Source: Eledone cirrhosa
Taxonomy: Eukaryota
DNA length: 64,000 bases
Reading direction: 5' to 3'
NCBI GenBank assembly: GCA_964016885.1
Contig: OZ024742.1
Coordinates: 120,156,001-120,220,000 of the forward strand
Shown here: piece after piece, positions 1 to 13,689 of the stretch
How the letters are laid out: every line of letters begins with the position of its first letter
Position numbering within the stretch: the stretch's first letter is position 1
Program-made: the position numbers and the translations under genes
Notes under the pieces: generated by a model
Told to the model about the DNA's origin: nothing
Database searches by the model: none
What the model saw: the letters and a program-made list of their open reading frames with translations, nothing else

Positions 1-1718
1 GTTAACATCAGCTGGAGAATCCTTGGTAGGCGTGAAGATCAAGAGAGGTATCTTCCAGGGAGATAGTCTGTCCCCTCTGTTGTTTGTCCTTGCCCTGATG
101 CCCCTGACCATTATACTGCGAAAAGTGAGAGCAGGATACAAGTTGGGAAAGGGAGAGCTTACCATCAACCACCTCCTCTTCATGGACGATCTTAAGCTCT
201 TCGGGAAGAGTGAAAAGGAGTTGGATGTACTTGTTGACACTGTCTGTATTTTCAGCAATGATATATGTATGCAATTTGGTATTAGTAAGTGTGGAGTCCT
301 TGTGATGAAGAGGGGTAAATTGAGCAGAAGCAACAGAATCCAGGTACCAACAGGTGAGATGATAAAGGAAATTGACACTGAAGAAGGATACACGTATTTG
401 GGTGTTCTGGAAGCTGATGACATCAAGAACAAAAAAATGAAGGAATTGATAAAATCTGAATACATTCGGAGAGTATAGAGCGTATTAAAGTCACATCTGA
501 ACAGTAGGAATGCCATAAGTGCAGTAAATTCCCGAGCTGTGTCTATTATTAGGTACAGTGTGGGAATTCTGAGATGGAATGTTGCTGAACAAAAAGAAAT
601 GGATAGGAAGATTAGGAAGCTATTGACTATCTACAACATGTTCCACAAGAGGAGTGATGTCGATAGACTCTACTTAAGGAGATCTGAAGGTGGAAGAGGT
701 CTTATCAGCATAGAGGACTGTGTTCAGATGGAGAAAAACAACCTACACAATACGTGACTGATAGTAAGGAGCCAATGCTCAGAATTGTACTGAAGGAGAG
801 GACAATAGACCAGGGGATGTCCAAGGAGGAAATAACAACGAGGAGTAAGAGCAGCCTTCATGAAAAATCCCTTCATAGTACTTTCTTTGAGAAAACTGAA
901 TTCAGATATCCACAAACATGGAACTGGTTGAGAAGAGGAGACCTTAAAAAGGCTACAGAAGGAATGCTAATGGCTGCGCAAGAGCAGGCCCTCAAAACGA
1001 AGTGGCTGAAACACCATATTTACAAGGAGGAGGCTAGTCCACTGTGCAGGATCTGTGGAGAGAGAGAGAGGAGACTGTGGCTCACATTGTATCCGAGTGT
1101 AAACACCTCGCCCAGACTCACTATAAAGGCTGGAGACATGATGTGATGGGCAGGGTGATCCACTGGCACCTATGCAAAGTAAACAATTTACCACATTCTG
1201 AGAAGTGGTATGAGCATAAGCCAGAGTCGGTGATAGAAAACGATCAGGTGAAGGTGCTGTGGGATTTTAGGATACAGACGGACAAGAAACTGGAACACAA
1301 TAGACCTGACCTGGTGGTTTTAGACAAGGAAAAAAGATTGTGCCTGATTGTGGATGTGGCTTGCCCATTCGACACGATAGTGCAAGAGAAGGAGAGGGAG
1401 AAAATTAATCGATACCAGGACTTAAAGTCGGAGGTAAAAAGGATTTGGAACTACCATGAAGTCAAAGGGTCCCGATTGTCATAGGTGCACTAGGTACTAT
1501 CTCAAAAGTTTCCAGGGATGGTTAAAGAAAATTGGCCCCGCCCCGCTTTTTGGAACACTTCAAAAGGCATGCTTGCTGGGAACAGCAAGAACCTTCCGAT
1601 ACGTCCTGAATATCTGAGGCTGCAGATAGTGGCTTGATATTCATTTCAACAAACTTTCCAGTTAACTAACATCAATGACTGAGACTCAAAGAACAATAAT
1701 AATAATAATAATAATAAT
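1..1718 (+). mobile_element. R4/Dong-clade non-LTR retrotransposon, 3' part (RT, CCHC zinc knuckle, restriction-like endonuclease), decayed
   Basis: RT motifs GIFQGDSLSPLLF and HLLFMDDLKLF; CRICG..ETVAHIVSEC, RHD and RPDLVVLD...IVDVACP...EKINRYQDL (PD-(D/E)xK); C-terminus LQKACLLGTA..TGA at 1615-1617; stop at 476-478 and several frameshifts; (AAT)n tail 1695-1718. Confidence 0.92.
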
Positions 1719-3010
1719 GCTTTCTTTATTAACCACAAGGGTTTACACAAAGTAGACATTAAGGACAGTACAGGACAATACAGGACGACCGTCCTGTATT
1801 GTCCTGTACAAATGGGCATTTCTGTGTGTAAAAAACAAAAAAACAGAGGATGTAATAATAGAACAATGAAAAAATTCCCCAATAGGGGGGAGACTTCCGA
1901 TGGCCATCGTGGAGAAAGCCCATTAAAAAAGCCACGGTGATCCTGACCACCAGGGCAATTGTCCTCTCCCAGTTTTCCACCTTCAATTTACAGGCATATA
2001 TTCAGAGTAGGTCCACTCACTCGGGCCATTCTTGCCTCTGTCACCCATCTTTCAACAAAAAGCTGGGAAGAGAGCACCTCCCTCTCTACCCTGATTTTTT
2101 TTTTCAAATGAAATTGGAAAAGGTTAATCAACGCATTACCGAAGAGGTAAGTGCTCGTCTTCAGCCCTTTCAGACGTATCCACCATACTATCTTTTTCGC
2201 CATGGCCACCAGACAGATAAAAACTGCCTGCCCTTCCCAGCTAAAGGAAGAGGGCGGGGCAATCCTCACGATGGACTCAGCTTGATAGTCGGATCTGTTC
2301 TACAGGCGACAGCAGGTGTTCGACATAAACCCACAAGTCAGCAATGCTCGGACACTGGACGAGTGCATGCAGGACGGTTTCGTCGCCCTGTGCGCATCTC
2401 GGACATGCCCGACTGACGGCACCTCCATGCCTGTAGAGTTTATCCCGAACTGGCAAAGCTCCTCGGTAGCACTGCCAGGCCAGGCCAGGCCAGGAATTTC
2501 TGGAAGTTGTCCATAGGCCCCGGCCCGAAAGTTCTTCCAAAGAGATTGGCTAGTTGATTTTCGTCGACGCCTAGAGTTTCCCCAAGTACGTTGTCGCTCT
2601 TCCCCTCCACTAATCCTCTATAGAACGCCAAGGTGGAGTTTCCACCGATCACATTGCCCAATTGGTCTAGGGCTGTGAGCGCCTGAAGACATTCCAGTCT
2701 CCAAGTGCTCCCTCTCGGTCTTCGCTTGACCCAGGACTGCAGCTCCGTCAAGGAGATGAGCTGAGGAAAGACGTGTCTAGCAAACGGCGACCCCACCTGA
2801 TCACTGTCGAGGAAGAGGTGTCGTAGCCTGAGCACGTGTCTGCGCATTATTAGCCACAGCATGCCCAGCTCTCCACGTAGCGGGTGTTGACAGCAGATGG
2901 ACCACCTGACCATCGGAACGTGTCCCTTCCACATAAAGCGAGAGAGCATACGCTCCAGCGCAGTCAGGCGAGGCTTAGGACAACGCACAACGGTCAGGCG
3001 GTAGTAATAA
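1719..3010 (-). mobile_element. Tx1/L1-clade LINE, 5'-truncated 3' fragment (post-RT region and zf-RVT-like zinc finger)
   Basis: Minus-strand ORF pieces RFMWKG..P.VRWSICCQHP..GELGM and WQCYRGALPVRDKL..CPRC...ETVLHALVQCP; minus-strand 3' end CCCTTGTGGTTAATAAAGAAAG followed by (ATT)n. Confidence 0.85.
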
Positions 3011-4029
3011 TACAGTTCCATCAGTTTATAGAATAGATTAAACTTTTAACAATATTATCTATCAAAAGAATGCCAAACACAATACTGAGTGATACAAAAC
3101 AATTGCTTCAGAAGAAAAAAAATAAACATCTATCAAAAAGATGAGCCCTTTCAACCTCAAAAGTTTTCTCAATTCTCTTTTTAACCTTGCTACAGTTCAA
3201 GGGGTTAGTGGTCATGCTGATTCATCACATGCCATTATTAATAAAAATAGATAAACTAACAGTATTTATTAAAAAAAAAAAGAATAACACATATCAAACT
3301 GTTGATTAAAGCACACACCATCATGCATAACTTCCTTTAGTCTCTTTTCTCTTAGCTGATACCAAGTAAATCCACTCAGAAAATTCAAGACATACATTTA
3401 ACATGATAGCTAACTGAAGACATATATTTAACATGATAGCTTTCTCACTTCACATCAGTTTCTATTATGTATGAAATACCAATAAATGTCAACAAATATT
3501 ATAATTTTATGTTTTGGAAACTAAGCATTGAACTAGAACATTATTTCTCTATACTATATTATTGCCTTAATTATGCTGCAGTTACAAATATCTTGTGTTT
3601 AGAAAAATAAATTCTTCTCTTCTTGAATATAATGATGACAATAAGTAGGAGACATCCTATTGTCACATCATTCTCAATGTTTTTTACCATGATTTGTTGC
3701 ACTTTTAACCACCACCATTCTAAATTACATCCTTCCAAGCTTAAGTTTTTTTTCCCCTCTCTCTCCCAAAACACCTCTATAGTACAATAAATATTCAAAA
3801 CTTGATTTCCTATAAAAAGCTTTATACCTTGTTGTGTACAAAATAGAATGTTTACAACTTATCAATACTTTATGTAGAGTACGTGGTAAAATATAAGTAG
3901 GTCTGAAGAAAGTTTAAAGAGATTCAGAATTGAGGAAGTCTATTTCCTGATTATATATTCACATTAATTTAGGATTTACTCAAAATGATATTTTTGGCAA
4001 ATCTATATATCTATCTAACTCAGACTGTA

Positions 4030-4272
4030 GGTGAGGAAGATGAAAGATCAAGGGAGCACCCTCTCTCTGTGCTCCTGAGGAGAAGGGTTGCACACTTTTT
4101 TCGGGGGCGCCTCCTCCCTATTGAGGATTTTGTTATTCAATTTATTTTGTTATATTTTATATTTTTATATTTTGTTATTGCCTCCTCCTTATTGAGGACG
4201 CCTTTTTATGTAAACTCCCCCCCACCCCCCAGTGTAATTGTCCCACTCTTTGGTGGCAAATAAAAAGAAAGT
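4030..4272 (+). mobile_element. Short Tx1-like LINE 3' end remnant
   Basis: T-rich 3'UTR ending GTCCCACTCTTTGGTGGCAAATAAAAAGAAAG, similar in style to the Tx1 end at 1719. Confidence 0.45.
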
Positions 4273-4899
4273 TATCTATTTGTGTGTCATGTATGACTTT
4301 ATCTAAATCTGGTTTAGAACAAACTGCTACTTTATTGTGAAATGAAAGTAGAAATCCAACAGATTTTTATAGTAGTTTCTTTTTAAAACATTAAAATCTC
4401 CTGGTTGTGTATGAAAACTTTGATGAAGGAAGCTGTCCAAAAAGAGTATTGGTTCTATATATACATCGTAATTATGGAGTTTGTGAACTATAAATAATTT
4501 GATTTCTGCAACAGTTCTCATTAACGGGTGTTTACATACACTAAATTCTGTAATACATTCAGATGCATGTACAGGCATGCGTAAGAACACAGAGAATCTG
4601 AAAAGACTTTTAGATATAGAAAAACAACACCAAATAAAAATTACAGCACTTTGACATTCCTTATGATAAATAAATGGTGCCATTATTGAATGAAGGGGAT
4701 AAAACTGCCATTATGGAAAGGGATAAAAGTGACATAATTGAATGAAATAGATGCGACATTATAAATGCATCTTTCGTTCAAATAAAACTAGAAACTTAAT
4801 CTATATTTCACATTACAAAGCAATGACAAAAGACATGTCTAGTTCATTCATTACAGGAGCCCTCAGCACATCATAAAATTTCAAATTCAAGAAAACTAC

Positions 4900-5220
4900 A
4901 GAGTTCATGAATGATGGAAGGCAGGAGGTTGAATTAAGTGCAAGAATTGCAGAAGCTCGTGCAGTAATGCACTAGCTTCAACATTCAGAAGAAGAGAAGT
5001 AGGTATAAAAGCCAAACAATATCTTCAATTTGGTATTCGTTCCAACCCTTACCTATGGTCATTTTACAGGTAGGAGACCGAGGAGGGACCCCGAGCAAGA
5101 TGGTTGGATAATACTCGTGAGCTCAGTTGTTTTTGACAGGACCCACTGGAAAATGTGCCTGAGGAGTTTGGCCCCCACAACCCTCCCAAGGAAGCAGAGG
5201 AAAAGAAGGAAGAGGGAGAG
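4900..5220 (+). mobile_element. Degenerate RTE (Expander-like) LINE fragment
   Basis: Translated pieces DGRQEVELSARIAEARAVM, VFVPTLTYGH and GRRPR resemble RTE ORF C-termini. Confidence 0.6.
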
Positions 5221-5710
5221 GGGGGGTAGCAGCAGCAGCAGCCTATTATTGCTTCCAAAATTGATGGCGGCAACAATTTAGAGAAGTGTTAACCAGTCTG
5301 AGAATACAACATTTACAGATTCATAAAACACTGTGGGATGTTCTTAATAGCAACAAGTTTAATTTTGAGATTTCACTGAATATTTACAAGAATTTGCTTA
5401 GTAAATGTTTGCTTTTCCATGCTAGTAATGTAAAGTGTTCAGCAAAGCAGCAGAACACTCTAGCTTCCTGTCTTTTGTCAGACTGTCTTTGAGGATCAGC
5501 TTTCTAATAAAAGACCTATCCTCCCACACTTGATACACCCACTCCTTCAAACATCTATTAAAAACTTATTGCATTTATTAACCCAGCTTGCATCCTTCAC
5601 TTTTATTACATGTCCATATCTGCTCATTGCCATAAACTAGAAAACATTTTCAAATAACTTATTATTTTTTAAAACTATATAGACTTAATTAAGTTCATAT
5701 TGTATTTCCT

Positions 5711-5936
5711 TTAACCCTTTAGTATTTAAACCAGCTGTATCTGGCCAGAATCCTCTCATCTCTTTCTGTTCAAGCTGGCTGTAACCAGTTGCTCATACTT
5801 ATGTTAAGGTATTGTTCTCAAAATAAATAATATCAAAATCTTGTAGATTTAATATGTGAGATAATTATGTGAAATAAAGTGTTTACCATGCAAATACAAT
5901 AGTAAATATAGAGTAATGTAAATGCTGAAGGGTTAA
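5711..5936. mobile_element. MITE with TTAACCCTT termini (TTAA-type, piggyBac-like)
   Basis: Left end TTAACCCTTTTAGTATTTA and right end TAAATGCTGAAGGGTTAA are imperfect inverted repeats; an inverted relative lies at ~59263-59476. Confidence 0.6.
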
Positions 5937-7752
5937 ATCTATCCCCTGATCATGTATCTCTACCAACTGATAACAACAACCTTTCTCCAATCTGTTGTTC
6001 AAAGTTTTCAATCGCCATAATTTCATCTGTGAAAACCCCTTTCTAGTTAAATGTTTCCACTAATTCCAAACACTATCAATTCAACCAGTGAACGAGATCT
6101 CTGTGCACTTACCTGACCTGCTACAAATAGCAACCAAACCTCCCCCAAATCATACTCTGTGATCTTAAAACAATAAAGACAGGAAAATCATGGCTGGAAT
6201 GTCTTTGATAGCAGGTTTGCTCAATGAGAGCTGACAACAACAATCATTTTAAACATGAAATTAAACACATCAACTAAGAAGAATCTACACATCAATGTAG
6301 TACCAAATGAAAGGAAATACAATATTTACCAATATATATATATATAGACATGGTGAACAACTTAGGATTATAAACCATGGATTGCTTCAATAATTCATTG
6401 ATAGAAGCAGATATATTGTATTGTATTAGTGGCTGACTTAGTGCTGAGGATAAGCCTGGTAATATACAGTTCTGAATATAAATCTTATCATGATCAACCT
6501 AGTTTTCCATCTTCAACAAGATCAATAAAATAGTTAACATACAAATGTTTTGAGAGGATCAACAATCCAACATATGCTATATTTATGGGTTGACGTGGTC
6601 AAATATTTCTGCCAAAGGTGACTATAGCATCTAAACAACAAAAACAAGTTACAAACGCTTTCCCCCTCATGAAAGATCATATATTTCGTTGTTTTGGAAT
6701 CCATAAACTGTGCTACTTTCTATGTGTAAGTGAATTAAAAGAGACATCAGGAACAAACAGCTTAAAATAAACGCACCAAAAATACAAACCAAACATGATA
6801 AACACACCTACAATTACATAAAGAGAAAATGATCCCGCTACACCTCACAAAATAGCCTGTTCCCTTTTCAACAATTCTATTGTAGTGTTCATCAATGGAA
6901 GTTTGTTCAAATAGTTTTTCCTCGAGCTGTATTTTGATTGGTCACTGTAATTGTGTTGCAAGTGCATTTCTTGATTCAATATTTGTTAGGGAGTCATCAC
7001 AATTGACATGAAGATAGTGGCAGTTGTCAAATGTTGATGTAAGTTAAATAGAAGACAGTGTCAATCAAAATAGAGGCAGGCATTGTTCAAAACAGTGGCA
7101 CAAGACATCAGTTGAAGAAGGAAAAGGTACAATTTAAATGGAACAGAAAAAAAAAAATTAAGGCTTTATACATCTAGTCAATGTATTAAGAGTACATTTA
7201 TAATCTCTCTTCCTTCTGCCTATAAAATTCTAAATGTTGATGTAAAATGCATTTCTTCAAGTGATTTAGTTTCAAAGTTATTAAATAAAATTCAATATAA
7301 TAATAATAAAAACAACAGACAAACTAAGAATTAAGTCAACTCAACTACTTGATATTACATTTCTTGCTTCATGATTTGCAAGTTAAAAATAACTTTTCTC
7401 GATGGTGTAATTCATAAGCCACCAGTACTCTTGCACAAATGAACTTCTTCCTCCTACTTGTTTGACTACATTTCCATTATTCTATCATTGGCAACAGGAG
7501 TCCACAACTCTTGTTGCTCTCATTATTTAGGAATAACGTCTCACATGACAACCAATCCAATGCCCAAGTCATGCATTAACTACAGAATGATAGAGAAATA
7601 TAACATTCAGTTTTGTTCCTCTATCTTTTAAATTTGTGCACAGATTGACTTGAGTTTTCACTTCTTCAAGTTGAACAACTTAGTATAGTAAACTGTTTCA
7701 ATTGATAATACATTCACATACAGAAATTGGTCAGAAGTCTATTTATGAAATT

Positions 7753-8230
7753 CATCATCATCATCATCAATATCACCACCGCTTAGCATCCAATTTTCAT
7801 GCTAGCATGGGTTAGACATGTTGTCCTGTTGTGATACAAGTCAGATCAGATGGCCATGTCTTGCTCACACAGAACTGTTTCTGGCTTGGTTTCTATGGCT
7901 GGATGCCCTTTCTAATGCCAACCACATGTACAGTGTGTACTGGGTACCTTTTATCGTGGTACAAAAACAACAATTTTACAGTGTGGGCTGGGCAGTTTTT
8001 CTTTTGACAATAACACAGCCAGTTTACAGTGTGGACTGGGCACTGACCTGCCATGTCACCTGGACAACCACTCTGCAGGGAGGATTAGGTGCTCTTTTAT
8101 CATGTTACTTTACAGAGAGGATTCAATGCTCTTTTGTCATGACACTAACATGAGCACCTTACATGGTGGACTAGGGGCTTTTGTTATGTCACCAGCATGA
8201 CAACATTACAGAGTGGACTGAGAGCTTTCA
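7753..8230 (-). mobile_element. Non-autonomous element sharing the RTE 3' tail, with internal tandem units
   Basis: (CAT)n, then CATGCTAGCATGGGTTAGAC and GGCTGGATGCCCTTTCTAATGCCAACCAC, the reverse complement of the RTE 3'UTR at 24220-24397. Confidence 0.7.
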
Positions 8231-8397
8231 GCCATTTCAGCAGAATTGTAAGAGAGCGAGTTCAGCTTTCCATACTTGTACACATTGGCTGGTCAAGAGT
8301 GGTACATCAGATGTGGAAATTGGGGGTGGGAGGGATTAGTAATTCAAAACAGCGCTGAAGGAGATTTCACTAAATTCATAGGTCATTTTATTATTTA

Positions 8398-9254
8398 CTA
8401 GCAGTAAAGCCCGGCGTTGCTCGGGGTCGCTCAGTAGCTGTGTTAAAGTTACAATGTTAAGTTTCTTTTTTGGCTTAAAAACTGTAGTGTCTACTGTGCA
8501 GACTTGCATGTGGTGTTTTTGATTAATATTCCCTCAACCAACAATATGCCTTATGAAGTTAAGAAAACATAACGATAACCCTAATGTTATAACAAAAGAG
8601 GATGCTGGGGATAAAAACTGCACTGGTTATTTATTAACAAAGATCGAAAATGTAAACACTGCAACGCAGAGAAAAACATTAGCGTAACCAAATTATCAGT
8701 TATGTCTGTCTGCACGCCTATATCACCTCTCTGCACGACTGTCTGTCTGCACGCCTATATCACCTCTCTGCACGACTGTCTGTCTGCATGCCTAACGAAA
8801 TTTACAGATACATATATTTTATATAAACTTATATAATTTTTGCTTTTTTTTACGAAATATTTGCTTGTTTTAAGTAGTTTTTAAATAGACTTGTTTTCAA
8901 GTAAAAATATTGTTTTAAAAGGCTTGTTTTACGTAGTCTTTAAATCGTGTATTGTGTTAATGTCATTTTAAACGCTGAGAAAGCCAGCGTAATTTTTTTA
9001 ATTTTTGCACGCAGACGCTCAATGTAAACAGAACAAAGGGAAATAACTGATCACTTACGCTCAAAAATCGATACATTATATTCGATTTCGTCACATAGGG
9101 TGGGTCAATTTGAAATTATTTTTTTTCCGATGTCTTCGCTAGGGCTCAATGTACAAGTCTAGCAATTTCGGTGCAATTCCGTGAGAGATTCTAAGAGGAG
9201 ATGTGTGCCAAAAATCGATAGACAGACAGACAACCACAGTTTTATATATATAGA
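8398..9254 (-). mobile_element. Complete non-autonomous Helitron
   Basis: Minus strand starts TCTATATATATAAAA and ends with hairpin CCCGAGCAACGCCGGG (8410-8425) then CTAG; inserted between A and T with no target-site duplication; internal ~37-bp tandem repeat at 8703-8793. Confidence 0.9.
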
Positions 9255-9977
9255 TTATTCCATTATATCTGATTTCAAGCTGAACATCAATTGCTTTCAT
9301 TAAACCAACTTTGGAGGGCTAGCTAACATCAAGAGAACTGCCTTTTCCCTTTGTTTAAGCCATACAAAAGAACAACAAAAGTAGATATTCTAATATTCTA
9401 TTAGCCCGAAGAAAAAAAAAAACAAATAAATAAATAAATAAAAGTTTGTAATAAACAATTACAAGTAATATGGTTTCTTTCTCCTGTAACAGCTATTCAC
9501 TCGATTAGATTGATTTCAGTATATTACTGGTAATTTTCATTAAGGGGAAAAGCATTTTAAACTGTCACTGATTGTATTTCAACTCAACCATGGATAGAGC
9601 AAACTGAAAACTTCTTTTGGGTTATCAAACATATACCGGAAAGGGAACCTCAAATGAGTGATTCAATATGTTAAAAATAGAAGCCAAATTCCCTAAAATC
9701 CCATCCTACTGTCTTAAAACAACAGATAGTCACATTGGAAAATGTAGTCCTAAATACACTTTACATGTTCTTAACATCATAAAGACATAATACAATTTTT
9801 TTTTCTTTCTCAGAAATTGGTAAGTCAAACTAAATATATAATTCTCAACACCAATAACTGGATCATTTTTTAAAATCACACATTTGTATAAATGATGAGA
9901 TAGTCACAAATAACTGTTTAACTAACCACACTGACAGAGGAAGCAATATATAAAGAGAAAGCGTAAAAATACAACAG

Positions 9978-10233
9978 TTAACCCTTTCGCTATCATATTT
10001 TAAATGTCTGAGATTTTCAATTGATTTTGAAAATACTCAAGATTTTGTATGAATATAGTTACATAACTTTGTAATTATCAAGTTGGTGTTTGAAACATAA
10101 CTTTACAAAAATTTCTTACATATGAGTAAAATTATGATGGAAGATTTTTAGATGAATATGAACATTTTAAAACAAACAGTTTTGCATCATAAAACCAGGG
10201 GTAGTTTCAGGTGCTTTGATATCATAAGGGTTA
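9978..10233. mobile_element. MITE with TTAACCCTTT termini, second family
   Basis: TTAACCCTTTCGCTATC ... GATATCATAAGGGTTA; related copies at ~21340-21545 and ~25780-26037 share AAACAGTTTTG(C/T)AT..TA..ACCA.GGG. Confidence 0.6.
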
Positions 10234-10789
10234 TATAAAACAACTATTATCAAAGATTGTTTCTTTGAAAATAGTCAAATTTTGAGTAGTGGATGAGAGA
10301 ATAGGAATTAAACTCAGAATAATAGGTCACTAAGCTAAATACTGTGCTCAATAATGAAGTGATGGATCTTTTGAAAGCCGCTATGTTGTGAAAAACCTCA
10401 TAAAATAAAACTACCTAGTAGTTTATCTTTTTACAGATCAAAAATAGATTTAAGCCTTTTGATATCAACTTGGCAAAAAACATATTTGGGTCTATAAACA
10501 AAGCCACTCATTTTAATGTTTTTCCTAAACCATAAGTTACAATGTTTGTTATGAAATCATTCATAATTTTAATGAACCCATCAAAATACGTCATTATTTA
10601 ATTGAAATAGAATGTATTTCATTAGAACTATGGTAATAAAAAAGGGCGAAAAAGGAACCTTAAATATAAAGAGAGATGATGTCTCTTGATTCAACCACCA
10701 CTAATGACTGATTTTCATGCAACATATGTAGAACAAATAAATTTAACAGGGCCAATCTCTCTGAGTCATATACTCACAGTGAAGGTACA

Positions 10790-11080
10790 TAGCTTATTTT
10801 TTAGAGCATTTGGCTCATGATAGTTAAGGTCGTGAATTCAATTCCTAGTAATGTGTTGTGTCCTTGAGCAAGACTCTTTATTTCATGTTGCCCCAGTCCA
10901 TTCAGCTGGGAAATATGAGATGTATCTGTAATTCAAAGAGCCAGTCTTGTCACGCTGAATGATCTCTCTAAAAACTGTGTTAAGGGCACACATATCTGTG
11001 GATAGCTCAACTGCATACATGGTAATTTCCTGAGCAAGTTGTTCTTTGGATGAAACAATTGGAACACTCACTATTGGAAA
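10790..11080 (+). mobile_element. tRNA-derived SINE (CORE/V-like core)
   Basis: Degenerate B-box (GAATTCAATTCC) followed by GTGTCCTTGAGCAAGAC; a relative with a duplicated head lies at ~54565-54800. Confidence 0.6.
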
Positions 11081-12179
11081 TCATGGAGCTTCAATAAACA
11101 CACACATATATACTCACTCACACAGGGAGATTTGAGTTTACAGTGTGTGGTACCTCATATAGCACTTGAGACAAACTTGGCCAGTTTAATACTGTAAATA
11201 TGTTACACACAATTAGGACTTTCACTAGGAAGCAGGAACTCTATCGAATCTGACCAGCTGCTACTCCAAATATAAATTAGTATATAGTATATAAATCTAA
11301 CAAATCTAAGAAACCTTATATAGATGTATTTCATTGTCACATAGAAATTCAATAATATGGAGTGTGTGGCAAAAAGTAAACAAACATCAATCACCCAGCA
11401 GCAAATAGTCACATGGTTTGAGTCCCTTCAGGTGAATTTAGCAGTTATCATCATCATTCAATGTCTGCTTTTCAATGTTGCAATCAGCTGGATGGGTTGT
11501 CACTGACAAGTCAATACTCAATTGGAGCTACTGTCCACCTAGACAGGTTGGGGGGAAGGGGTGGGGGTGGCATGACTCATTTACAAATTCTGGCTTGGGC
11601 ATGGTTTCTGTGACTGGATGCCCTTCCTAACATCAACTACTTAGGAAGCTGTAATGTCCTTCACACATGTGAAGAGTCCTCTTAACCTTTTGTTTGACAA
11701 TCTTTCTAATGGCTGGATGCACTTCTTAACACCAGCCATTTGACAGGCTATAGTACGTGCATTTTTAATGACACGAGCACCAGAGAAGTTATCGTGTCTA
11801 TGACATGACAAAAGAGACCTCTCAACAATTCTAGCATGGTTTGTACAGTTGGATACCCTTGCTAACACCAACCACTTTACAGAATATACTGGGTGAATTT
11901 TACTGAGTGACACACACCAACACTAGAGAAGTTCTCAGTCAATGACTTGACAGAACAACTCCCTCTACCCTAGGGGATGATAGGCTTTAGGGGTGAAATT
12001 AGGAAGGGAGGGAGAAGGATGACAAGTATGATATTATAAGTGACAGTTATGCTATTTAACAGGGTGATTGAGGGAGAAAGGGGATGTGAATAATCTTGGA
12101 TAGAGTGGAGGTGTATAGAGATAATAAGAATAGTTACATATTTAAATGCTCACAATAATTCAACCACAATATACTTCAG

Positions 12180-12487
12180 TCACTAATGACCATGGGATTT
12201 GCACCTCTGAGACACAAGTCCGGGCAAGGTTATTTTGTGGAAGACCAGCAGTTGCCCATGCATACCAGTCTCCCCTCTCTATGCCACCAATGTTGTCCAA
12301 GGGAAAGGCAATGGCCAATACAACTTGGCACCAGTGACTTGGCACCTCATTTCTACAGCTCAGTGCACTAGAACAACGTGAAATAAAGTGTCTTGCTCAG
12401 GAACACAGCGCAAAGCCTGGTCCGAGAATCAAACTCACAACCTTGCGATTGTAAGCCAGATGCTCTAACCAAGCTATGTGCCTTCAC
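12180..12487 (-). mobile_element. tRNA-derived SINE
   Basis: GAAATAAAGTGTCTTGCTCAGGAACAC..GAATCAAACTCACAACC..CTCTAACC is a reverse-oriented tRNA head; relatives at ~36150-36390 and ~38450-38690. Confidence 0.6.
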
Positions 12488-13492
12488 ATACCATATATAC
12501 TTGTAGATAAATTGTAGTTTTTTCACTTAAAGAGAAACCACCTGCAGCTTATCTACTGAACTCTGTTCTGGGTTTGAAATTTGTAGCTCACACTAAAATC
12601 CATATTATTCACACAATAGCAAATGATTGTGGATATAAGGCAGGTTGGTCATATCACTATACAGTTTATAGAAATACTGGTGTTGGAAACAAAGAAAAGT
12701 TAGTGACGTCACATGCAAAAACAAACAACTGCATATAGGGAACTTGATTTTACTATAAAACAATTACTTTTGAGTTAATCCACGTTATATATCTGCCTGT
12801 ATATTTTGCCTGTACATGCACAGACTTGTCGGCATGTGTGTTGAAGAAATTTATCGTAGTTCTAATAAATAAATAAAAGAAAGTTTTCTGGCTATATTGC
12901 AATGTTTTCGTGGTCTCATTTGTACTAGTCACCAATTTGGTACTTTTCTCAGACCCACGAAGAGTAAGCTTTTTTTTTATAGGCAGCCTTACTGGGTTGT
13001 GAGAGTTTTCTTGGGAACTAACAGTGTCTCCCTTGCTTCATTCCCCTAGCTGTCGATCTGGGGTTGCATATTCATCCGTCAAAACAAAAATATAGGTAGT
13101 GACTAAAGACAAAAGGCAAAAGTAAGTTTTGCGACTGGATTTAAGTTGTGTATTATTGAATATGTTATAGTGTTGTAAGAGAGTTTTGTGTCAAAAAGTA
13201 TTAGTGAAGGGATGAAGGATATAAAAAGAAACAACCAATAAAGGGGGAAAAAAACTTGCTATCTCCCCATATGAGAAATCAGAGATAGATCTCCATACCT
13301 AGGCATATGAATTATACAGATACAAGGACAAATACACACATATATGCATATCTACCAAATCCACTCATAAGGTATTGGTGAACCAAATGCTGTAGCAGTA
13401 GACACATGTTCAAAGAGCTCTGCAGTAGGACTGAAGCTGAAACCGTGTTTGTGAAGTGAACATGTTAACCACACAGCTCTGCCTGCACCTAT

Positions 13493-13689
13493 TATAGATA
13501 CTCGAATATAAGTCGACCCCTATTTTATGTCTGAGAAGTGGGCAAAAATCCAAACCCGTTTATAAGCTAAGGCAGCTATTCAACACATTGTTTAGATGCC
13601 GAATATAAACTGACCCCCCCCCCCCCCACCCCTCCATCGATTCTGTTTTGATCACATATTTCTCAGCTTATATTCGAGTATATACGGTA
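13493..13689. mobile_element. Tc1/mariner (pogo/Tigger-like) MITE nested in a triplicated SINE head
   Basis: Inverted termini TATAGATACTCGAATATAAG ... CTTATATTCGAGTATATACGGTA. Confidence 0.7.

Noticed and set aside
4327-4683. 118-aa minus-strand ORF
   Set aside because: No recognisable motif or splice context; composition typical of a chance ORF in AT-rich DNA.
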